From Octopus bimaculoides (taxonomy: Eukaryota), in the NCBI RefSeq assembly GCF_001194135.2, contig NC_068991.1:6271673-6335311 (forward strand): a DNA stretch of 63,639 bases. Direction: 5' to 3'. How positions within the stretch are numbered: position 1 is the stretch's first letter; each line of letters begins with the position of its first letter. Of this stretch, positions 27,301 through 39,300 are shown in pieces. The translations under genes and the position numbers were made by a program. Under the pieces are notes generated by a model, which was not told the DNA's origin, made no database searches, and saw only the letters and a program-made list of their open reading frames with translations.

Positions 27301-30300
27301 TCTCACCATCAGAACCAGAATCTGCTTGATCCTATAATAAAGAAAACATTAATCATTGTTAGACATTTGAAAGCAGTTTTATAACAAACGTGAATTTATT
27401 AAATCAAGTTTTTTTAGCATTTTCCATGGCCACAGTATAAGAAACAATTGTAAAAGCAACTATCTATAACAGCTTTATATATAAATCAGATATAAACGGG
27501 AAGAAAGCAATATATGTGTTATATATAATAAATGAAAATATAATCATAATATATGAGTGGTTGAGAAGTTTGTCTTCCAACCACATGGTTTTGGTTCAGT
27601 GCTGTAATCGACTTACCCACTGCCCCTAAAATTGCTGGTCTTGTGCCAAAATTAGAAAGAATATCGATCTACTTACATCTTGGTTATCGTCCATTTCTTC
27701 AGATGAATCAACATTTGAAGGTTTCACTAAAGGATTAAGTATCCTTTTGGGAGGCCCATAAATACACGTGTTGAGAGGAAAGTATTTAAGTTCCTTTGGT
27801 TCATATCTGAACAAAAGAAAGTATAAAGAACAATTTAAGCAATTATGAGAAAATAAAACATATATTATCATGACAGAAGTTGTCATTTACCCTCTTATTA
27901 CAAATATCTCCAACCAGATTCACTCTCTATGGGCTTCAATTGAATTCTAAAATATTTGAGAATTTGGGCTGGTTTCATAAAACATCTAACTTTTTGTCTA
28001 ACCTTTTACCATTCAGGTTACTCTGTCAAATGTAATTCTTATTTATTTACAGGGCTTTGAATTAAACATGCATTATCTCATTGCTTTGAGATCTCAATGA
28101 AGTGATTGTTTATTATTATAATGACATTGTTGGGTAAGTGTGAAAGGCTGAATCTAGTTTGAATGTGAAACAGGTAGAATATATTGGCTGGATACAGCTG
28201 GTTTAAATGCTGAAAGGTTAATGATATATGAGCATGATGTTTGAAAAACAACATAACAAAATCTAAGGCAGGTTTTTTTTTTCTTTTTGCCTCAAAACTT
28301 TACTATTTATTATCTTTTATTCTTAGCACATTCTCTGACCATGTAGAAGCTTTGCTGTTGGCTAATATGTATTGGTATCTAACTGCATGTAAATAGTGGA
28401 TAGCCACAGATTATTTATAAGACTTAGGGTTTAATGTTGTAAGTAAATGGTTAATGGAGACCTTGCCAAAAGTAGAAATTATTTTAATTAGAATACTAAT
28501 TTGTTCTTAGCAATTAGTATTTTATAAATAATCTTTATACAGAATTCCAATATGAGGAGATTTAATATTTAGAAAAAGTAAATCATTAATAATTTGAAAT
28601 TTGAAAAAAAAAAAAAAAAAAAAAAAAAAGATACAAACCTTTTGTAGAATTCTTGGTATTGCCCTGGGATCAAGCTAACAGGATAAGCAGGTACTTTTGC
28701 ACAAGTAGTTTCCAGTTTAGGATATTTGTGAGCAGGATAGTGGATAACCTTGTTTGAAATATATGTTTCACAATAGTCAATTTTGTCAAGAATATTATTA
28801 TTTAGAGAAATCTTTATGGAATGACATAATTCTTTATGCTAGATTTTAAAATATTAATTTAGTAATAACAAGAAAAACTGAGAAGATATATACAAATCAC
28901 ATGCTTATGTTGAACCAAATATACTCCTTTCTTATTAACTTGTAATTTTATGACAATCAGAAAAATCATTATTATAATTAAAATTATTTGGTCAAAGTAA
29001 TTTCAGACAAATCAGTGAAAACATTTTACTTTTCATCCATTTAAAATTTATTCAATCAACTTATTTATTGTCCTGCCTTCTTTCATGGTTAATGAACGCA
29101 ATTTCAGAATCACAAAAACTCACCATAGTTTGCAAGTCAAAATATGCCCTTCTCTCCTCCCTCCTTTCTCGCTGAAATTGGCTATTAAACTCTGAAGCTG
29201 ATCTCATTGCCTTCCTTACATAATCAGCCATCTTGCTCTTTTCAAGCTTAGGAGGCTGGAAAAAAAAGACAAGCAAACTTAAGAACTGATGAGTGATAAA
29301 ATATAACCAAAAAAAAATACCTAAGTACATAGGTACTGAGTGGTTGGCGTTAGGAAGGGCATCCAGCTGTAGAAAGTCTGCCAAATTTAGATTGGAGCCT
29401 GGTGTTGCCATCCGGTTTCACCAGTCCTCAGTCAAATCGTCCAACCCATGCTAGCATGGAAAGCGGACGTTAAACGATGATGATGATGATATGATAGCTG
29501 TTTACTGGTGGCCAAATATTACTAAACATGCAGATCCTGAAATCTTCATTTTTTTACTTGGTTCAATCATTGGACTGTGGTCACGCTGGAGCACAGCCTT
29601 AAAGGGTTTAGTCAGACAAACCAATTCCAGTACTTCTGATCATGGGAGAGGTCAGCAGAGCAACATCTTGTATCTGTTGAGAGTTGGTCAACGAAGGCTT
29701 TTTACTGGATGACCTGTATATATCCGTGTATCAGAGTGTGCATGGAAGTGTGGCATGTTCTTGCTTAGTTCCTCAGCAATGTTCTACAAAATGAATGTCT
29801 CTCTCTTTAATGACTTTAGCGGTTATAAAATGACTGCCATACAGTCTTTCGTTAGAGGCTTTATCCACAAGGTATTAAGAATAGGCTGTAACATGCAAGC
29901 CACACCTCCAGCTATTTAGCAAGTGTTTAAGCACTGGACCCATACAACAGCACTGGTTCCAGTTGCAATAGAAGAAGCTTCTTTCAAGATTTCCAGCTGA
30001 CACCAAGGCAATCAAGAACAATCCATGCTTTTGTGAGACAAATTTTTACATTCAATTCAGTGGATACAACATTACCTCACAGTATACAAAGGAGTTTAAA
30101 GGGCTTTGTTTGATTGTGTTTACTGAACCCTTCCGATTGCAGCAGATGTATCCAGTCTTTGAAGCATTGACGTAAAGACCAATATCTGCTATTATTGTTA
30201 CAAGATTAAGAAGATTTGAATGACTTACATATAAGTATGTATAAACATATATTTCCATGAAGATATACGCACAGATCTTATTGAGTTAATTCAATCCAAA

Positions 30301-33300
30301 AAAGGAATATTAAATGCTTACCACTTCATAACCTTTGTGCTTCTCATTAATAGACTGTCGTTCTCGTTCATGGAGAATTGAAGCGAATTCCTATTAAATG
30401 ATACAAAATGATTAAAACCAATAAATCATATTATTGATTCAATTGATGGATCAACTGTCTAAACCAGCATTTCTCAGCTGGGGTTCCGCAAGAAAGAGCG
30501 AGAAATATCATCTATATATATATATATATATATATATGATATTTACCACGTGAACTATGATTTAAAAATATGAGAAAGATAAGGTATATAATTTTTTGTG
30601 CAGGGGTTTCTTGAGACATGTAATTTATTTTAAGGGTTACGCAAGGGTAAAAAGGTTGAGAAACACTAGTATAAACCATCCCCAGGAACAGTTTCATGAA
30701 AACCTATTTCTTTAAAACTACACAATAAATTTTGACTATACAAATAATATATAACATATTTTGACATTGTTACAACAGTATTTCTTGTATTTCTTGAGAA
30801 TGTATGACAAGATATTTGTGTCTTGTTAGGTAATTTAGTTTTGTCAGTATATTTTGCTTTCTTGAAGTACAGACCATTTTATATCTTCTAAGTTAGCATT
30901 CTCAAGTTCACAACATAGTTACAATTGAAATGTAATCTATGGTGTATTTATAAAGAAATGAAACAATAAAGTGAAAGGAAACTGGTTTAAAAAAAAAATA
31001 TATGAAATTAGAAAATGCAAAGATCAATAATTCGAACTCAAAAATGTTGGCTTTAAATCAAGAATTATATAACACACCTGATATTTCTCAGGATAATCTC
31101 TCAACATCAAATCATATACTTCTTCACATCTTAGGGCGGTTAATCCTATAGAAGAAATAGAATAAATTGAAAAAGTAAATCTATTTGGTAATTAGCAAAT
31201 TAATGATAGTATAGCGAGAAATGTGAAACTTATAATTGCAGTATAAGCAGAAACAATATCAATAATATCTATGTGATATACAATACTTTTCTGAATGGAA
31301 AACACCCCAGTTGACAAGCAAAGCTCTTCATGGGTGAGCTCTCTACGAATGCAATGTTGCTCTACTAACCTCCCAAATGTTATGTAGATTCTGATGGAAA
31401 ATGTGGTCAAGTCAAATAAATCTAAATAAGTTGGTCAAATAATGATGATGAGATATTATAATTAGTATTGAAAGAGTTTATAGTGATTGGATAGAATTTC
31501 TCACTTTGTACAAATAGTTTTGTTTTTAGTCCAAAGTTTTCAATATTATATTAACCCTTCAGCATTTAAATCGACCATATCCAGCCCAAATATTCTACTT
31601 GCTTTGTGTTCAAAACTGGCCAATTCCAGTTTCTCACACCTACCCTACAACAGCATTCAAAAAATAAGCAATCACATCACTGAAATCTTGAGGCTACAAA
31701 ATAACGATGGTTAATTGAAAACAAACATCATCATCATCATCATCATCATCATTTAACGTCCATTGTCCATCTTGGCATTGGTTGGACGATTTCACTAGGC
31801 TGGCATGCTAGAAGGCTGCACCAGACTCCAGTCTGATTTGGTATGGTTTTCTATGGCTGAATGCCCTTCCTAACGCCAACCACTCCAAGAGTGTAATGGG
31901 AGCCTTTACGTGTCATTTGCATGACACTGGTATCTGCCACGACTGCGATTTCGCACAGCTTGATGGCTCTTCTTCTCAAGCACAACATAATGCCAAAGGC
32001 CTTGGTCATTGCCTCCATGAAGCCCAACACTTAAAAGGAACTCAGCCACCCCACCTCTGTGAGGCCCAACAATGTGCATAAATAAACCTTACATTTGACA
32101 GAGTACCTTAGTTGTGAAAGGTTAAATTCATTCCATAAATTTGATAGCTAAAATCATTACATACTGAATTACAACTGATTGATAGCAGTAGCAGTTTGTC
32201 ATATTCAATTGTTTCGAAAGCAGGGATTATTTCAGATTTCAGATTTCAGACTGAATGCAGCTCATTTGATTATGAAGTAAAGTAACTCTCTTGACACAAG
32301 AACTGGAGATACTGGTCAACAACAAACTTAAGCTTAATCTGGTGTATGTTAATAAAATAAGCAAATGAAATTTTAAAACGATTTTTACCAAGATCACACT
32401 GGGTTTCAGTAACTACACCACGTTCTCTCAAAAATTCCTTTTCTTTCATTTCTGCAGGCCGTCTTTTCAGATCTAGAAATTAAAAAATAAATAAATTTTT
32501 AAAATTCAAGTCAAACTATACAAAAACTAAAAAAAAAAAAAAAAAAAAAAGAAAAATCTATTCATAAAATTCGACCATTATTTTTCATTAATCCCTTTAT
32601 ATAAAAATAATCAAAACAAAAGTTTAAAAACTGAAATACCAACATTTTTGTTTGATTAAATGAAATCCTCATTTGAGTATGTAAAAATTTAAAAATGAAT
32701 TTGTTCACAAAGATATATTTTTGATTTTTAAAATACTATTTCAAATGCAACATATACGCTTACCTGGATATTTTCGTTTAAATGATTTAACAGTCAAGTA
32801 TTCGCTGACTTGTTCTTGCAATATGTACCATTCACTACTCATATCTGGCCATTGGTACTCAAAAAGTTGATCAGGAAGGAAGGCATGACTTAATAAAAGA
32901 GAAAATAATTGAGTGACAATGGTATGGATACAATCCAATCATATTTTATACAATTTGACAGTTTTAAAATATTATTTTCAGTGCCCAAAATTACTACTGT
33001 CGATGCATGTTATTGAATACAAATATATATACTAGTATTATAATCCGATTTCATTCAGGTCTACTCGGGCTACATGTTCATATACCTAGATTTTAATGAA
33101 TCCTACAACTGATCGATCAAATGACCCATCCATCCACCCATCACTCAATCAATCAAGATATCTATATATATATATGGGCCTTGTTCTCTCTCCCTCCCCC
33201 TCTGTGTGGACATATTTCTCTTTGCGTGCATAAAGAGAGGGAAAGTGCTTAAGTCAATCATGTTCAATCAATAAATTGTAATCTCTCTCTTTCCCCCACT

Positions 33301-36300
33301 CTCTCTCTTTCTACCTGTGCATGTATATCACTGCACACATGTATGTGTGTGCGTGTGTTTGCCTCCAGTGCCAAAAAATACTGTCATCAAAAGAGGTTGA
33401 ATGTCCAAATCATCACATTTTGTTTCAGACAAAGCCATAAGAAAAAAAATTACCAAGTAAAAAAATAACAAAACAGATATAGTGAAAACGATTTAAAAAA
33501 AAACAACAAAGTACTTACTGTTCATGGTCGTCATGATCCACAATCTCACTATGATCTTTACGGCTAGATGAACTACTTTTCTCTGTTGTTGTCACAACTG
33601 GTGGACAAGATGTGGTCCCATTTGCTTTAGGTTTTGTAGTTTCAGCACTAGTAGTTGCTGAATCTGCTTCTTCGACACTTGAAACTTCCATTGCCGTTTC
33701 AACCCTAGGTTCTGCTGATTCATCTTTTATATTGGAACTAATTTGAGAGTTTTCGGTAGAACTAGATGTCGGTTCTGAAGGAGAGCCAGAGTTAATTAGT
33801 TTAGCTCTTTCAGAAAAATCCGATGATGCAATAGCAGTTGTAGAAGTTGCTTGATTTTTCTCTGTTTTTCTCAAGTCAGACTGACCAGAACTTGATGCCT
33901 GTCCCATGTCCTTTACTGACCTGCAAGTAGCTTCTGAACTTTCAGTAGAATTAACATCAATACTTGACAAGTGCTGCACATCAAACTGATTTTCAAATTC
34001 AGTAGAACTTGATATGCCTTGGTTATTAGTAATTTCATTGCCAAACGTTGTGGTTGAAGCAGAAATGTCAGATGCATCACAATTTCCAAAACCGTCTTCC
34101 AATAAACTGTTTGCTGAGGATGTAGCAACATCTTGGCTGCTTTCTTGGTCCACACTCATTGAGCTAACAACATTCTGAATGTTTTCAGTGCAACTGGCAG
34201 TGACTTGGCAATTTTCAGATGAAGTAGCTGATGAACTAGCATGGTTGCTGTTAGTGTCTGTACAACTAACCTGAGTGCTGCCCACGAGACTAGCAGAAGA
34301 ACTTGCAGAAACTTGATTTTTTTCATTAGAACTGGCTGTAACATGATCACTGCCACTAACTTGGCTGTTATCTAAAAGCTGATGGCTTTCAGTAGAACTA
34401 GCTGACACCTGACCGTGATCAATAGAACTAGCAGTAACCTGGCTGTTCTGAGTTGAGCTTGCTGTATGTGCTTCACTAATTGTGTGGCTACCACTTACTG
34501 AACTGGCTGATACCTGACAACTTACAGCTGAACTGGCAGTAACAAGAAAATTTTCAGTTGAACTAGTCAAAGAATTCTCATTCCGGAAGGAATTGCCAGA
34601 AACTTCATCTTGTTTAAAAGAGCTGGAACATCTTCGATTCTGACTAATTCGTGATGAAGAAACAGATGCTTGATCATTATTTGAAGAAAACATAGAAGCT
34701 GGATGTTGGTTAACAGATCTGTTAGTTGTACTACACACTTGGCCCATTTTACTCTGGCTTACTGTCTTTAAAGGATCACCAGTCATTTTCTCTACTTTCA
34801 TAGAACTTCCTGTCACATAATCTGTCTTTCCAGTATTGCCAAACAACTGACCAGTTCTTGAAGAATTGGTACTTACAGATGCAGTGTTCATGGAATTGTC
34901 ATTATTTCCTAGTGTAGTTTCAGGTTTCTTAGAATTGTCAGCTGTTGAAGTTTTTACAATATTACCAGGTAAAGTGCTTTCCACTACACCAGTCTTCAGA
35001 GCAGTATTAGATATTTGACCAAATCCACTGTAACCAGCCACCATCTGATCAGTTTTGGAATTTCCAGACATTTCATTAGTCTTTCGAGAGTTATTGGGTG
35101 CCTGTACATTTGTGACAAGACTTGATGGTAACTGTTCAGGTTTTAAAGAACTGCCATACATTTTGTCAGTTTTAACTACATTCCCAGAAATATAATTTAA
35201 TTTTGAAACATTTTCAATTGTTTGGTTGGGGAGAGAACTAGATGAAGCTTGAGAAGTGTTAGAAACCTCAGTAGATGGCTTGACTTTTTTACACGAATTT
35301 GAATTATTATCTTTCCTGCAAGCATCTGAAATCAAGTTAGCATTCAATGACTCCTCAATAACCTGGCTTATATTGGGGAGACTACTAACAGGTCTTTCAA
35401 CCGGAGAAGTGTTACTGGAAATAAAAGCAGTGTTAGTAACACTGTCGACAGTCTGTTCTGTTTTGCTGAGACTGGTTGAATCTTTATAAGAGCTTGTTGT
35501 TCCTTGACTATGTGACAACGAATTATTAGTTTTCAGACCCCGACTTTCAGAACTACTACTAGACACTTGGTTCAATTTCATAAAGTTAGCATTCCCATAG
35601 GGGCTCCGTAACTTAGTGGGGTCTGAGGCAGTTCTTGCTGGAGCAACAGGATTATTCAAATTTTGTTTACCAGAACTTACTGAAACTGATGCAGTGAGTG
35701 TATAATTTGCAGCTAGTGGCTTTCCAGAAGTCCCATGCAGTTGGGGCCCAACTGTGCTCAAATGTGAAACCGATGACACATGTGCAGAAGTGTTTGAGGG
35801 TTGTAAAAGGTGAGTAGAACTAGCTGGTTTCTGCATAATGTGGGAAGAACTACCAGAAACCAGCAGAGGATCCACAGAGCCACTAGGTAGGTGTGTTACA
35901 TGAGAACTATCAGATATCTGTGCTGACGAAGTAGAATTGCTACATCCTTGTGGTAAATGCACCGAGCTGGCAGCCATTTGTGATAGATGCACAGCATTGT
36001 CTGATAGTTGTGATGGATGCACAGAACTGCCTGATACTTGGGAAAGCTGTGATACATTATCTGACATCTGTAAAGAACTGGCAGAGCTACAAGCGACTGG
36101 TGTAGAGTTAACAGAATTGCCGAGTACCTGGGTAGTATTACCCAACATTTGTACAAGGTGTGCAGAACTGCCTGACACCTGTGCAAGGTGTACAGAGCCA
36201 CTTGACACCTGTGCAGGGTGTGCAGAGCTGCCTGACACCTGTGCAGGGTATGGAGAACTACCTGACACCTGTACAGGTTGTGCGGAGCCGACTGACACCT

Positions 36301-39300
36301 GTCCAAGGAGTGTGGAGCCGCCTGACACCTGTGCAGGGTGTGTAGAACTGCCTGACACCTGTGCAGGGTGTGCAGAGCTGCCTGACACCTGTGCCAGGTG
36401 TGCAGAGCTACTTGACACCTGTGCTAGGTGTGCGGAGTTGCCTGGCATCATAGCTGGGCGTACAGGACTACCTAATACCTTTGCAGGGTGTGCGGAAGCA
36501 CCTGACACCATAACAGGCTGTACAGAACTTCCTGACACCTGTGCAAGGTGTGTGGAAGCACCTGACACCTGAGCAGGGTGTACAGAAGCACCTGACACCT
36601 GTGCAGGGTGTGCAGAAGCACCTGACACCCGTGCCGGGTGTATGGAGCCCCCTGACACCTGAGCAGGATGAACAGAGCCTCCTGACATTTGTCCTGGATA
36701 GGAGGAATTGTTAGATCTTTGCATTGAGTAAATAGAATCTTGTATATTGTAACTAGAACTGACTGATCCTTGTGGAGAATATACAGAGCTACTAGGAACC
36801 TGTGTAGGCTGAAGGGAGCTACTAGAAACGGAACTTTGGTTAGAATTCATATAACTAGCTACAAAGCCAGTTTGTAAAGAACCACTAGTAGACTGAGGAG
36901 TGCTTATGGGTATATCTGATAATTGAGCGGAAAGCATTGGTCTATTTGACATTTGGTCAGGATGCATAAGTCCTGACCGTTGACTATGTTCCATTGGCTT
37001 TCCCTGCATATGCCCTGCTGGGATTTGGCTGGGATGTATGATTCCAGGAGGAACTTGAGGCTGATGCACAGAGCCTGGCCCTTGATTTATAGGAGTATTT
37101 ATCATGTGAATAGTATGCATTGTGTGAACACCAGGCATTTGACCTGAATGTTTTGGACCAGGAGATATTTGATTTGTGTGCAATGAACCACCCTGTACTT
37201 GTGCAGGATGTATTTGACCACTAGAAATTTGACTCTGGTGTTGCTGCTGTTGTTGTTGTTGTAATGTACTAGGTAACATCTGGCCATGGCCTGTTTTCAG
37301 AGCATTATTTTGCATATGACTGGGTGTCAACAAAGCATTATTAGGATTTACTGGGTTAACCATATGACCTAAATTCATCGATCCTTCAATACAATGGCCA
37401 GAAGTAACAGAACTACTTGAGATATGACCCTGGTTCAATGAACTGGATTCCAAATGTCCAGAACTTACAGAACTAGATAATATATGACTTGGACTAACAG
37501 AAATGGGTCTCATCTGGCCAGCTTTCTTGGAACCAGCAACCATATGAATCACTGAACTACTCGGCATTTGTCCAGCACTCACAGAACTATTTGAAACCTG
37601 AGTTATGTTCATAGAGTTAATATCTGGTGTGGACTGCTGATAACTTTCCGTTGAAGTTACTCCTACCGGACTATCATTACTATGAGATAACTGCATCGAA
37701 TTTACTGGAGTTGAAAAACTTTTTGAAATAATCATGGGTTCTGTTCCAGAATTTGAAAAGTTCGGAGCAACAGAGCCAATATTACTTGATGTTATTAGGC
37801 CAGATGGTTTTCCAAGACTCTGAGCAGAATATTTTGAAGGACAAGGATTCATTAGCGGGTTTGTTGAACTTGTAGAACTAGCAGAAGTTGTAGTAAACCC
37901 TATCTGACCTAATGTTGAACTGGGGAAACCAGCAGCGGTTTTACTATAAGTACTAGAAGCAGAGAGAATTTTAACAGAATTATTCTTTTTGGAGCTGGAT
38001 GTTGGACTGAAAAATGGAACTTGATTACTTGTAGGAACTTTTTGGTTGCTATCAGAATAGGTAGGTCCTTTGAGGTTTCCACAACTAGGTAATGGTAAAC
38101 TATTTGAACTGTTGGGTAATAAATAAGAGTTTACTGGATTAACATTAGGATAGTTATTTGCTGAGGACTGGGTTGGCATGTTGTAGTTTTTAGTAGATGG
38201 AGCAGAAGCAGCTGTGCTCATTACCAAGGTTTCGGGCCAAGGAGGTGGAATTTGACACCCAGGAACTGAATTCAAAGAACTAGAAGCAGTAGATGCCATA
38301 TGAGCTTGAGACCACATATTTCTCACAGAATCTGGTTCAGTGTTGTTCATTTCTCTTGTACTGTACGCTGTACTGTGGACTTGTATATTCCTGGGTTGCA
38401 AACCACTGTCCCCTGTCTAAATAAAGAAATAGAAAATTACGTGTTAAAGTTGATAATTTTACTAAAATATTTAGCATTCTTGCTTAAATTAAAAAATTAT
38501 TTTCCATAAATCTTCAAATGCTCTCCAAGTACATCTGGGATTTAAAGAATAAAAGTAGCTTTGATTACAATATTAATTCAACAATAATTAAAACTATTCC
38601 TGCACATATCAATAGCTTTAAGAAGTAAAAAAAATCTGATAACCTGCACAACTTTTAAATTCAAAACTGGAGTTGGTTCCTTTTTGCCTTTACCCAAATA
38701 AATTCATCTTATATAACTTTCATGTTGTCTACTGAATAATATTGTTCTAGCTTTTAAGAACTTTTGAACTTGTCATACATCTGTCCATGTCTACAAATTT
38801 CCAGGTTTTGCTCACTTTCATCACTTCTTTTATACTTTACCTTATCACCTTTTGAAATTTCATCTCTAACTTTGATCCACTGCTCTCCCTTTGGCTTGCC
38901 TATCCAACTCATATATACAAACATACTTTTACAGCCACCTTCCACTTGTGTTACCACACACTATACACAGCAACCATTACAAATCTCATATTTTAAGTTT
39001 TCTAAGGGGATGACAAAGTTGATTACATCAACCCGAGTGCTCAACTAGTATATATTTCACTGACCCCAAAAGAATGAAAGACAAAGTCGACTTTGGTGGA
39101 ATTTGAACTCAGAACATAAAACCAGAAGAGATGCAGCTATGTATTTATCCAGCTCGTCACCTTAATAATGATAATAATAATAATGGTTTCAAATTTTGCC
39201 ACAAGGGCAGCAATTACATGGGATGGGGTAAGTCAATTACATCACCGCTAGTGTTCAGCTGATACTGATTTTATCGACCCTGAAAGGAAGAAAGGCTAAG

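Noticed and set aside
35896-36345. Other-frame ORFs over the array (35896-36306, 36160-36345)
   Set aside because: Alternative frames of the same tandem repeat.
35937-36572. 211-aa plus-strand Cys-rich ORF (CAELPDT repeats) resembling a metallothionein/keratin-associated protein
   Set aside because: Antisense shadow of the 30-bp coding array; it stops exactly where the sense strand has a synonymous GCT CAG, and has no splice or start context.
36152-36691. Regular repeat array as a CRISPR locus
   Set aside because: No unique spacers, in-frame eukaryotic coding repeat, no cas genes.
38754-38957. ORF just upstream of the giant exon as an extra PHF10 exon
   Set aside because: No good splice sites; loosely resembles a decayed RTE LINE C-terminus; exon 1 already joins exon 2 in phase.
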